A stretch of 45,928 nt of DNA from a virus. Taxonomy: Duplodnaviria; Caudoviricetes. This document shows, piece after piece, positions 18,058 through 27,338 of this stretch (positions are counted from its first letter, which is position 1; each line of letters starts with the position of its first letter). The position numbers were made by a program, and so were the translations under genes. The stretch is taken from positions 1-45,928 of the IMG/VR virus record IMGVR_UViG_3300048848_000275, one strand, 5' to 3'. The notes beneath the pieces are model-generated. The model was not told the origin of the DNA, ran no database searches, and was given only the letters and a program-made list of their open reading frames with translations.

Positions 18058-19640
18058 GTGCACATGAAGTTCATCTCGCGGGTGCGGCCGAACTTCGGCT
18101 TGGCGGATTATCTCGCATACTGCGGCGTCGCAGCCGCCGTACGTAAGATCCGACATGCACCGCACTTCGCGGTAGGCCTCGTCATCGGCCACTGGGCCGA
18201 AATCGACACATACTACCGCGCCGCCCACGCCGTCTTGCAACCTGGCAACGGTCGGGACGGCTTCAATATGTGTACTCTCCCGATCATTTTCAAAGATGCG
18301 CAGCCTAAAACGTCCCATGGGAATGTTGTAGAAGCACTCGGGTACGATAGGGCAATCCTTCTCTTCGAGCGGGAGGAAAGCATCCCTCATGACATCCGCC
18401 TCGCGCTGGACCTCGTCGTGCGCGTGGAGATGCCAACTGCCGGACAGGCGAGAGGCGTGATGCGCTGGCTTTATGGGACTGAGATTTCAGATTCGCAGGC
18501 CGAAATGCTTCTTGCTCATAGTTGGGACACGCTGCGGTACATAGTGCGCCCAGGGCGGCCGACTTCGCGTGTTTTGTCGACGCTCATGAACACCGATGAG
18601 GCATCAGGTCATCGTCGTCCGAGAGTCCGGCTTTGACCCGCCAGAACATGGCTGGATACGGCGAAGCCCGCGACTGGGGTCTGGCATTGGTCAACGATAT
18701 CCGCGATTGGAAGGCGGGGGCGATTACGTGGAAAGACGTCGACGACACCGATGCCCGCGAGCGAAAATTTGACAGGAAGGACATCAACGGGTTTCTCGAA
18801 TGCTTGGACGGATCACAAGACCGCGACAGCGTGGTCGTCGTGGCCGCTTGTAATTTCCCTGAGAGGTTCGACGATGCCGTCCTCCGCTCCGGTCGGATTG
18901 ACAGACATTTTAAAGGTCAAACCTCCGCATGCTGAAGCACGAGAGTCAATCCTGCGTTTTCACCTTCCTAGCGACCTTACACATCAGGACAGGACTGAGT
19001 TTGCTAATGCTTCGGAAGGCGCATCGGATGCCGATATCGCACGTATGATACGTGGTGCGCGCCGCCTTGCTCGGCGGCAGGAAGGCAAGTCTTCTGCAGG
19101 ATTTGCGAGCGGTGATGCCAAAATCAGTTGTGGTTCCGAAGGCGAACCTTCATCCAAACGCAGTGCACGAAATCGTCCATGCTGTTGTTGGTCTGAAGTC
19201 GGGCCTTCACCTACATCACGTGACCATTTCTCCCGTTGCTCGAATTATAGCGGATGTGCAGTCGCTGAGCGGTACCCGGTTCACGTCTCATCCGTGGTTG
19301 CGGCGAACCAGACCACTACCTCGACACGATCGCCGTCTACATGGCCGGATCTGCAGCCGAGGACCTCTTCTTGGGCGATCACGACAACGGATGGGCAGAA
19401 GGCGAAGGATCTGATCTCCATAGGCTACGAGGGTTGCTACTGAGATGGAGTATTCCCTTGGTATGGGCATGCATCTGGCCGTTTTTGGAGATGTTGGAGA
19501 CCGTAGGATTGACACGATCGGACATCGCGATCCAGACATGACGGAGATGATCGACAAAACCTTCGAGCAACTGGCGTGAGTTACCGAAATCATCGAACTA
19601 CATCGATGCGTTTCAGCCCGTTTCACGCTGAGTTATTAAA
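18058..19640 (+). pseudogene. Decayed FtsH-like AAA+ ATPase/M41 peptidase
   Basis: Fragments in several frames: GYGEARDWG..W, INGFLECLDG..VVVVAACNFPE..D.AVLRSGRIDRH (second region of homology), HEIVHAVV (HExxH), MAGSAAEDLFLG..G..SDL; the Walker A/B segment is missing. Confidence 0.75.
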
Positions 19641-19700
19641 CCGCAAGGAACTGCCTGGCAACGAGATCCAATCTTATCTCGAAACTGCTGCAACATTGGT

Positions 19701-20075
19701 TTGAAGGCATTTTCCCTGCATAGCTTAGGAATGAATGTGCCAGATTTTCACGTACCCAAAGGGTGGCTACCCATCGTTACTGACGCAATCAAAGAGTCGG
19801 CAGGCTTTCCGGAAACCTGGCTATTCGAAATCACTGGATCAAAGCAATCTGGCGGAGCTTTGCTTCTCGAAGCAGCCTATCATTCTCCCGACATTCTGGT
19901 CGGCAGTAAAGAGCCGCATCCTTTTAAAGCGTTCGTGGATCTTCGCGAACGTGCTCGTGCGAGATCACTTGAGACATGTGAGATCTGTGGCAAGACTGGG
20001 CGGCTTTGCGATGAGAAGACGAATGCCCGTGTGCGATGTGAAGAGCATCTAGGCATCCGATCAACTGCCGTATAG
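19701..20075 (+). CDS. Hypothetical protein with C-terminal zinc-binding motif
   Basis: CEICGKTGRL…RVRCEEH; PKGWLPIV N-terminal motif; start may be ATG 19731. Confidence 0.6.
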   Translation: MKAFSLHSLGMNVPDFHVPKGWLPIVTDAIKESAGFPETWLFEITGSKQSGGALLLEAAYHSPDILVGSKEPHPFKAFVDLRERARARSLETCEICGKTGRLCDEKTNARVRCEEHLGIRSTAV

Positions 20076-20140
20076 GAACCTCTGCCCATTCTAACACAAA
20101 GGTACCAGCATGATATCTCGTTCCCCTAGAGGGATTCAAT

Positions 20141-20830
20141 ATGAATGGAGATGATCTGCTCAAGGAATTTGAGCGTCGCATCATGAAAGAAAAAGGCACT
20201 AAGTCGGTCACGACTTCTGTCCTTGCCAAAACCATTGGGGTCACACCGCCGCAGCTTGCAAATTATAGGGGGAAAGAGCTCACCCCTCGTCAAGTCGTCA
20301 ACCTAATTGAGAAGTACTCGAAGGCCATTGAGCGTCAGTTGGTTGAAAACACAGTTGTTCCAATCGTGGAGTTCCTTCACATCGATCTAACTGAATCACG
20401 TCGTGGCGCCCGTTGGGAGATATTCCGAAGTAAGGATGACCAGGGTGTGGAACATCCTTACTTCTCTGGCTTGCGGCGAAGCCTCGAAAGCAAACATGGC
20501 ATATATATCTTCCACGACAGTCGAGGTCGCGCGATTTACGCCGGCAAGGCACAACGGCTGTCTCTATGGAAAGAAATGAACAACGCCTTTAATCGAGACC
20601 GAGGGGAGGTGCAGAACATTAAACGCGTGGCGCATCCTTTCAACCGCGTGGAATACCGTGCTCCCCAAGAGCAGCACCGACAGATAATGAAGCAGGCTGT
20701 TCCGCTACACGACGTAGCGAGCTACTGCAGCGCCTATGAGGTTCCCGACCAGTTGATTGGAAAGTTCGAAGCTCTTATCGTTCGCGCGTTTGCTAATGAC
20801 TTGCTTAATGTACGCATGGAGAACTTCTGA
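20141..20830 (+). CDS. GIY-YIG nuclease with N-terminal HTH-like domain
   Basis: HGIYIFHDSRGRAIYAGKA (GIY…YxG); candidate catalytic Glu in KFEALIV and Asn in DLLNVR; N-terminal SVLAKTIGVTPPQLANY. Confidence 0.75.
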   Translation: MNGDDLLKEFERRIMKEKGTKSVTTSVLAKTIGVTPPQLANYRGKELTPRQVVNLIEKYSKAIERQLVENTVVPIVEFLHIDLTESRRGARWEIFRSKDDQGVEHPYFSGLRRSLESKHGIYIFHDSRGRAIYAGKAQRLSLWKEMNNAFNRDRGEVQNIKRVAHPFNRVEYRAPQEQHRQIMKQAVPLHDVASYCSAYEVPDQLIGKFEALIVRAFANDLLNVRMENF

Positions 20831-21202
20831 TAGGAGTATCGTTTGTTCCATGATTACGGTGCCAAATTGACCTCCAGCCTGTAAATCACTGGACACTACG
20901 AGTGACTACAGTAGACGCTGCACAACGATCCAGATGCCAGTCTTATTGCGACGAAACGCGCGACGACACTTAGAGACGGCACGGCGAAAGTAAATAAGCT
21001 ATCATTTTATGTTGCCTCCGAGACCTAACGAAAGGTCTAAAAACCAAACGATTGCGCCCGTCGGAGCGGAATCGTGGCAGCCAACAATCGAGGCACCAAG
21101 GATTCGTCCGCAGTTGCTTTATGAGCAAGGACGTGAAAGCAGTCACACCGCCTTGGAGGATAAACACGTCTTCCTGCTGAACGATGGGGCCTCCGCAGCC
21201 CA

Positions 21203-21493
21203 TCAGACATCCTCCACTTTCGTACGGCGGTACATTGCTACTGCTGGTCCATGATTTTCGTTTCCATCTATGAATATAACGCCTTCTCGCTCAAGCGCAG
21301 TACGTGTCCTCTGGACTGCGTCCACCAGAACGTTGCCATCTCCTTTCTCGAGCCTGACTATGATCTGCCGGCTTAAACCAGCACGCTCAGCCACCTCTTC
21401 CTGGCTGAGTCCTACCAAGGCTCTTCCAGCCCTCAAAGCTTGCATAATTTCGGAAAGCGAATCCATCCGTCGAAAAGGCTTTAGTTTACGCAT
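21203..21493 (-). CDS. XRE-family HTH transcriptional regulator
   Basis: LRAGRALVGLSQEEVAERAGLSRQIIVRLEKG…ALEREGVIFID. Confidence 0.88.
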   Translation of the reverse strand: MRKLKPFRRMDSLSEIMQALRAGRALVGLSQEEVAERAGLSRQIIVRLEKGDGNVLVDAVQRTRTALEREGVIFIDGNENHGPAVAMYRRTKVEDV

Positions 21494-22023
21494 ATTGTCA
21501 ACAATTGCAGCTCAGAGGCGTCAGCCGTGAAATGGACTCAGACATGGGTGTAGTCGTGTAGTTACAGTCTTTGAATTTGGTTTTTCAGACCCTCGATGAG
21601 GTGATTTCAGCTCCCACCGTTGAGTCGAAAAGTTTCCGGATTGGTGTCTGCAAAGCCGCGGCTAAACCGGAAGCGATCGGCTAATCCGACCTTGGTGGAT
21701 AATTCCCAGCTCGCGTATGAGCTTCACTATTGTAGAGCGGCTACAGCCGAATTGCTCTAATACCGTTCAAAAACACCTATCGATCTTTGGTTCTCAACCT
21801 ATGACGAGGTTGCGCAAAACGGGGAACGCTATGGAGCGCCTTAGGCGAGCCACTCATATGCCTGGGCAAGGGCGGTGGCGGCCTGAAGCGAGCTTTTGGA
21901 GAAGCGTTGAACGCGTTCTGGTCGCCATTGTACCAATGGTCTTATTCCCGGTGCTTTGCGTGATTGTTGCCGTCAATGTACGGCGTGCTTCAATCGTCAC
22001 ATTGATTTGCGGATGATTGAGCG

Positions 22024-22425
22024 ATGGGATGTCAGAAAGCTCCGACGCAACTCTTCTATGACTTCTGCCTAGATGATTACGCTCCTGCCGACCACTTGCT
22101 ACGCGGGATCGACCGTCATCTCGAACTCGAAAGCGTACGAACGCAGTTGAAGCCGTTCTACAGCGCCACGGGTCGCATTCTATCGATCCCGCGGTTATGA
22201 TGCGAATGCTCATCACTGGCCAAGCCGTAGGTATCCGCTCATAACGCCGGCTGTCCGAGCATGCCCACCTTAATCTCGCCTATTGCGGGTTTTGCCGCCC
22301 CGCTGTTGATGGCAAGATCCCAGATCACTCTCGTTTCAAAAAAAACCGCCTCGGCCGGTCCGGCGGAGCGGCGTACTGCGCCATATGCTTGAAACGGTAG
22401 TGCAACGCTGCCTCGCCGGAGGGAG
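22024..22425 (+). pseudogene. IS1182-family transposase N-terminal remnant
   Basis: Manual translation: MGCQKAPTQLFYDFCLDDYAPADHLLRGIDRHLELESVRTQLKPFYSATGR / SIDPAVMMRMLI..GIRS*RRL…NLAY..FC…DGKIPDHS..KNR; frameshifts and a stop. Confidence 0.75.
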
Positions 22426-22702
22426 CTTTCGAGAGTACCATCAAGTTGTGCAGCCCTTCGGCTTCCAAGCAAATCCTAGTCGTCACTTGGCATTCGAATG
22501 GAATCTATGATCAGCACCCCATGTATCGGCACGCGTGAATACACCTCCGCGCGCTGGCCTAGATACCGCGTCGGATCCCAGCCGTGGTTCGAACACCGAA
22601 TGGCAGGAGTACTGCCCACGTTTTCGATCGGAGTAACCCGAGTTTCTTACCGGCCATGCGGAACCATGCACTTCGCCGTCGTCTTGATCTCCTGCGCTCG
22701 GC

Positions 22703-23905
22703 TCAGCCGTGTTTGGGGTCATTGGCCGCGAAGAGCTGAACCAGAGACTCGTAGGCGTGATTTCCAAAGTCCATCGCTAACTTGCGGTGACCTGGTCCCG
22801 CGAATACGTTTGACAACGACATATATGGAAGGAAGCCTGATTTGATGGTATCTACGGGCCTGTCATTCTCTAGCACAGTGTCCGCCACAGTCTCGAACAG
22901 ACCCGTCGGCACGGGATACAGGGCGTTAGGATTATGTATTAGCATTGCCTCCTGCCCCCACGTCTCCTCCGGCGTTCCCGGATCTCCTACGATGTACGCG
23001 AAGGGTAGAGGTTGATGGGCATCGGGATCAGGATCGTTCATAGTGCCAAAGCGGAGTACCGTCACGTCCTCGTCCGGGTAGGGTCCGGCCAGGCCAACCC
23101 GAGTGAATTTAGGTATTGTTCCGGCGTTCGTCCAAAGCACTGCCGAGACGTGTTCGGTTCCCTCGAGGTTGAAAAAGCCAGATGGAATTTCCTTGTCACC
23201 GCTGATGTGGCGGGCAACCTTCTCCTGTTCGATGACAAGCCGGCCACCGCCGTCCCAACTCGGCGATTGCCTGATCCCATATAGATAGAAAGCAGTGGCC
23301 GCGCCGCCGAAGCCAAGCGAACCATGTTCGTGGAAACATTCTACCGCGATCACGAACGGCTGTCCCGCGACGTGGGGCAATTCCCAGTAGGCTTTGGGAT
23401 CCTTTTTTTTGTCGATCCGATGCAGAAGCTTGTTCCGCAGCGCGCCCCCGATGCGCACTGGGATGTCATTCTCGGATCGGTCGCGGATGTCTTGAAGATC
23501 TAGGTCGCTGTCGTTTGTCGGCTCGTAGGGAATGAGCCTGCTGCCGCCTGTGTCCTTGCGGTTTGCGGTGGTGCATTCGATATGGATTCGAACACCATTT
23601 TTCTCGACGCTGAAGTCCGGATGGGGAGCGTCGCTGACTAGCGCGAACCCCTCGGAATGGAGTAATTCGCTGACGTAGAGTTCGAACGTCCTGTTGTCGA
23701 AGCCGGTCGTCTGGAACTGTTCTACGAAATTACCGTCACGATCAGCGAAGCGAGCGAAGGCTTCGTTCATCATCGCTCGTGTCGAGCGGTTGCTTGGCGA
23801 CTGCTTAAGGAACCTGAAGGACGGATGCATCAGCTTCTTAGGTGGGAGCTGCCCGAACAGGCCTCTCGGTGCGACGCCTGCTTTAGCTAGTTTCATCTTC
23901 GCCAT
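22703..23905 (-). CDS. Hypothetical protein with PD-(D/E)XK nuclease-like motif
   Basis: FELYVSELL…HPDF…IHIECTTAN fits the E…PD…ExK-like arrangement (Lys replaced); 400 aa, divergent from the GHKL gene. Confidence 0.55.
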   Translation of the reverse strand: MAKMKLAKAGVAPRGLFGQLPPKKLMHPSFRFLKQSPSNRSTRAMMNEAFARFADRDGNFVEQFQTTGFDNRTFELYVSELLHSEGFALVSDAPHPDFSVEKNGVRIHIECTTANRKDTGGSRLIPYEPTNDSDLDLQDIRDRSENDIPVRIGGALRNKLLHRIDKKKDPKAYWELPHVAGQPFVIAVECFHEHGSLGFGGAATAFYLYGIRQSPSWDGGGRLVIEQEKVARHISGDKEIPSGFFNLEGTEHVSAVLWTNAGTIPKFTRVGLAGPYPDEDVTVLRFGTMNDPDPDAHQPLPFAYIVGDPGTPEETWGQEAMLIHNPNALYPVPTGLFETVADTVLENDRPVDTIKSGFLPYMSLSNVFAGPGHRKLAMDFGNHAYESLVQLFAANDPKHG

Positions 23906-24072
23906 AGATCCTTTTCATCCAGTTGAACTCTGCCGGCGCGGAGGCGCGGCCGCAAGGAATCTACTATAGGTACTTTATCAAAAACTGGCTCCGGAAATAA
24001 GAATAAGCCGAAACATTGTCGACAAGTGTTTCAGCCTCTCCCACATCGCTAATTCTCGCGTATAAGGAGCAA

Positions 24073-26397
24073 ATGTCGACCAAAGAAACGTTCAGAATCA
24101 GCTCTCATCTAAAGGACATCATCGGGCGCGACCTCGTGACCAACGAGTTCATTGCGATCTTCGAGCTCGTAAAGAACTCCTTCGACGCTGGAGCAACGCG
24201 CGTCGACATCGAATTTGAGCCTTCAGAACGCACGATCGCGATCGTCGACGACGGCAAAGGGATGACTCAGGACGACATCAAGAAGAAGTGGCTGTTCGTC
24301 GCGTTTTCTGAGAAGGCACAGTCGGAGCCAGACTCCTACCGTGACAAGATCAGGTCAGCAGGCCAGTATGCCGGTAGCAAGGGTATCGGCCGTTTCGCCT
24401 GCGACACGCTTGGAGAGAAGCTGTCGCTCTATTCCCGAGTGCGGGGCGAAGCGAAGGTCGAGTTGCTTTCGATCGACTGGACGCAGTTCGAGCAGAGCAG
24501 CCGGAAGGAGTTCAAGGATGTCGCGGTAGAGATCGACCGGGTCGTGTCATTTCCCGAGATCGGAAACTCCAACACGCCGAGCGAGCATGGAACCGTGCTG
24601 CTGATCAGGGATACGCGCCACGAATGGGACGTTGAGCGTATCAAAAGGCTAAGGAGAGACCTTGCGAAGCTCATAGACCCGTTCGGAACTACGACAAACG
24701 TCGCGGTCTCGACTTGGCTTTTGGATGGATCCGACGTCCGGATTAAGGACGTCGACGGGCCGGTCGGAAACCAGATTGCTGATCTCCTCCGGGAAAAGAC
24801 GAGCAGGATCGAGGTTACAATCGAAGGTGGTCGGATTAGTACGCTCCTTTTTGATCGCGGGAGAAAAATCTACGAGGTCAGGGAAAAGTCGCCGTACGAA
24901 GAGCTTGAGGACTGCAAGGTCGAAGGGCAGATCTTCTTCCTCAACCGCTCGGCGAAAAAGACCTTCACGGGACGCATGGGGGTTCGCCCGGTTGAGTTCG
25001 GCAGTGTCTTCCTGTTCCTTAACCGCTTCCGGGTCTCCCCTATCGGCGACGAGCTTGACGACACACTTGGGTTGAACAGACGGAAGCAGCAGGGCACGTC
25101 CCGCTATCTGGGGACCCGTGACATCATTGGTCGCGTCGACGTCACGGCCAGGCCTAAGGTCTTTCGCGAGGTATCAAGTCGCGATGCTGGACTGGTCGAG
25201 GACGCCCGCAGCCGAGCGTTGTACGACGCAATCCTGAAGCATATGATTTTGCGCCTTGAACGATATGTTGTAGGGGTGAACTGGCAGGACTCATTCGATC
25301 AGGACCGCGACACGCCTGAAGGCCTCGAGAACGACAGGTCGCGCGATCGAATCCTTTCGATCATCGGGGGACTAGCTCGCTCCAAGGATTTAGAAGTCAT
25401 ATACTACGACAAGGAGATCGTCAGGATCGCGGACGATCCTGACCAGATCACAGATAGCGCGCTTAAGGCGATGTCTGACTTGGCGGAGCGCCGGGGCGAC
25501 GCGTCGCTCCTCAACCAGATCGAGGACGCGCGGCGACGCATCGAAGAATTGAAATCGTCACGGCTAGAAGCACGCCAGCAGGCCGAACGGGCCGTCGAAG
25601 AGCGGGTTCGCGCTGACGCGATGATAGCCAGGCTTGAACAACAGGCGCGGTTTCTCGGCAGCAGCCGGGACGTAGATGTGGAAAGGGTGCAACTGCTGAT
25701 GCACCAAGCCATAATTCACCTCGGCCATATTCGGTCAGCAATCACTAACGCCGCACATGAAGTCCGAAGCGTCCTTTCCATCGCATCGGCCACAGGAGAA
25801 GTCGACAGCGAGGAAGTCGCCGACCTGCTTGCGACCGTCAGGCAGTCGGCAAGGAGAGCATCGGCTTCCATTGCGGGCGCGCACCTGTCCAGCGACAGGC
25901 TTGGCGCAGTGCTCTCATTCGCGCCTAACATCCGTGTCGATCTTCAGACCGACAAAATGAGCGGCGACCTCCTTCGTTTCCTTGACGAGTATCTCAACGT
26001 ACGTGTCGCAGGGCTTCCCGGAATGCCGAAGGCGGCCCTTGACGCCTCAAACCTAACACTCGAGCGAGAGTTCTCTCCCGTAGACATAGCCGTATTAATC
26101 GACAACCTGATGGATAACGCCAGAAAAGCCAAGGCTACCAAGGTTGACTTCAAGGCCTCGGCTAAAGGCGCGAAAGCGATTACTATCAACGTCAGTGACG
26201 ACGGGCTCGGGATCGATCCCGAGCGGGTAGATGTCACCAAGCTGTTTGAGCGGGGTTACTCTGGCTCGACTACGGGAACCGGACTGGGTCTGTACAGCGT
26301 ACGCCAAATCCTCGCGGAAATGAATGGAAGCGTTGCGCTCGCGGGAGATGGCACCCGAGCAGACTTCGAAATTGTGATTCCAGTGGAGGATGCATGA
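24073..26397 (+). CDS. GHKL/MORC-type ATPase fused to coiled coil and C-terminal histidine kinase
   Basis: N-term ELVKNSFDA, DDGKGM, GSKGIGRF, HGT; long coiled coil; H-box-like LMHQ; C-term NLMDNARKA, VSDDGLGI, LFERGYS, GTGLGL; AAGGAG RBS before ATG 24073. Confidence 0.88.
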   Translation: MSTKETFRISSHLKDIIGRDLVTNEFIAIFELVKNSFDAGATRVDIEFEPSERTIAIVDDGKGMTQDDIKKKWLFVAFSEKAQSEPDSYRDKIRSAGQYAGSKGIGRFACDTLGEKLSLYSRVRGEAKVELLSIDWTQFEQSSRKEFKDVAVEIDRVVSFPEIGNSNTPSEHGTVLLIRDTRHEWDVERIKRLRRDLAKLIDPFGTTTNVAVSTWLLDGSDVRIKDVDGPVGNQIADLLREKTSRIEVTIEGGRISTLLFDRGRKIYEVREKSPYEELEDCKVEGQIFFLNRSAKKTFTGRMGVRPVEFGSVFLFLNRFRVSPIGDELDDTLGLNRRKQQGTSRYLGTRDIIGRVDVTARPKVFREVSSRDAGLVEDARSRALYDAILKHMILRLERYVVGVNWQDSFDQDRDTPEGLENDRSRDRILSIIGGLARSKDLEVIYYDKEIVRIADDPDQITDSALKAMSDLAERRGDASLLNQIEDARRRIEELKSSRLEARQQAERAVEERVRADAMIARLEQQARFLGSSRDVDVERVQLLMHQAIIHLGHIRSAITNAAHEVRSVLSIASATGEVDSEEVADLLATVRQSARRASASIAGAHLSSDRLGAVLSFAPNIRVDLQTDKMSGDLLRFLDEYLNVRVAGLPGMPKAALDASNLTLEREFSPVDIAVLIDNLMDNARKAKATKVDFKASAKGAKAITINVSDDGLGIDPERVDVTKLFERGYSGSTTGTGLGLYSVRQILAEMNGSVALAGDGTRADFEIVIPVEDA

Positions 26398-27338
26398 ACC
26401 TTGATCTAGGCATCCTCTGGATCGAGGATTCGTTCAGCGGCGAAGAAGAATCTAGCCTGAAGCGTCGAGTCTACGAGGCAGGTTTCGTGGCACGGATCCA
26501 CGTTATCCCTAATAGCAGCGATATCGCTGAACTGGCACGGCTCCACAACCTGTACCATCGCTTCGACCTGATCCTTCTCGACTATCGCCTTAAAAACGAG
26601 AACGGGGACGAGCTCGCCCCAACTGTTAGAGCACTGTTTCCCTCGGTCACCATACTCTTCTATTCTGGCAGCGTAGAGGAGGCTGAACTCCGGAAGTTGA
26701 TCGCCGCCAAAGAGGTCGAAGGAGTCTATTGCAGTCACCGGAATCGATTCATCGAACGAACCGGCACGCTCATCGATCAAACAGCTCGGGCCCTTGACCG
26801 GTTGTCCGGCATGCGGGGACTTGCAATGAAGGTCGTCGCTGAATGCGACGACCTGATGAAAAACGCAGTTTTGGGGATGACACTGCGCGAGCCCAAGTGC
26901 GCCGCGAAGGTGGCAGAGATGGATGACGACGTCTTCACATTCTTGAGCGATATGAGAGGCAAGTACGAAGCCGCCGTACCATCGGGCATGCAGGAGCGCT
27001 TCGATACCCGCGCAGTTGATAGCACAAAGCTATTCAAGCACTTTCGGCGCCTGACACAGATAGTCACCGCGAATCCGACGTCGTTTGGACTAGGGGAGGA
27101 TCAGGTGGACCGACTTCGCGAACTTCGGAACATGAATGTCCAATATGACAAGGTGGTCTTGAAGAAGCGCAATATCCTTGGACACGTTACCGAGGTCGAA
27201 AGCAAAGATGGATGGGTTCTACAAGGCAGCGACGAGATCAGCGTCGCCGATTTCGCGGAAATCAGGCGAGGATTTGCGACGCACATCGACGCTATCCGCG
27301 AGATGAGCGATCTTGTTCTGCTGTTGGACCGCAAGTAG
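26394..27338 (+). CDS. Response-regulator receiver protein with C-terminal helical domain carrying RxxxxH (HEPN-like)
   Basis: ILWIEDS, FDLILLDYRL (phospho-acceptor Asp), ILFYSG; C-terminal KKRNILGH; ATGA overlap with the kinase. Confidence 0.8.
   Translation: MNLDLGILWIEDSFSGEEESSLKRRVYEAGFVARIHVIPNSSDIAELARLHNLYHRFDLILLDYRLKNENGDELAPTVRALFPSVTILFYSGSVEEAELRKLIAAKEVEGVYCSHRNRFIERTGTLIDQTARALDRLSGMRGLAMKVVAECDDLMKNAVLGMTLREPKCAAKVAEMDDDVFTFLSDMRGKYEAAVPSGMQERFDTRAVDSTKLFKHFRRLTQIVTANPTSFGLGEDQVDRLRELRNMNVQYDKVVLKKRNILGHVTEVESKDGWVLQGSDEISVADFAEIRRGFATHIDAIREMSDLVLLLDRK

Noticed and set aside
21717-22472. ORFs 21717-22016, 21854-22216 and 22239-22472
   Set aside because: No motifs; the latter two are antisense to the IS1182 remnant
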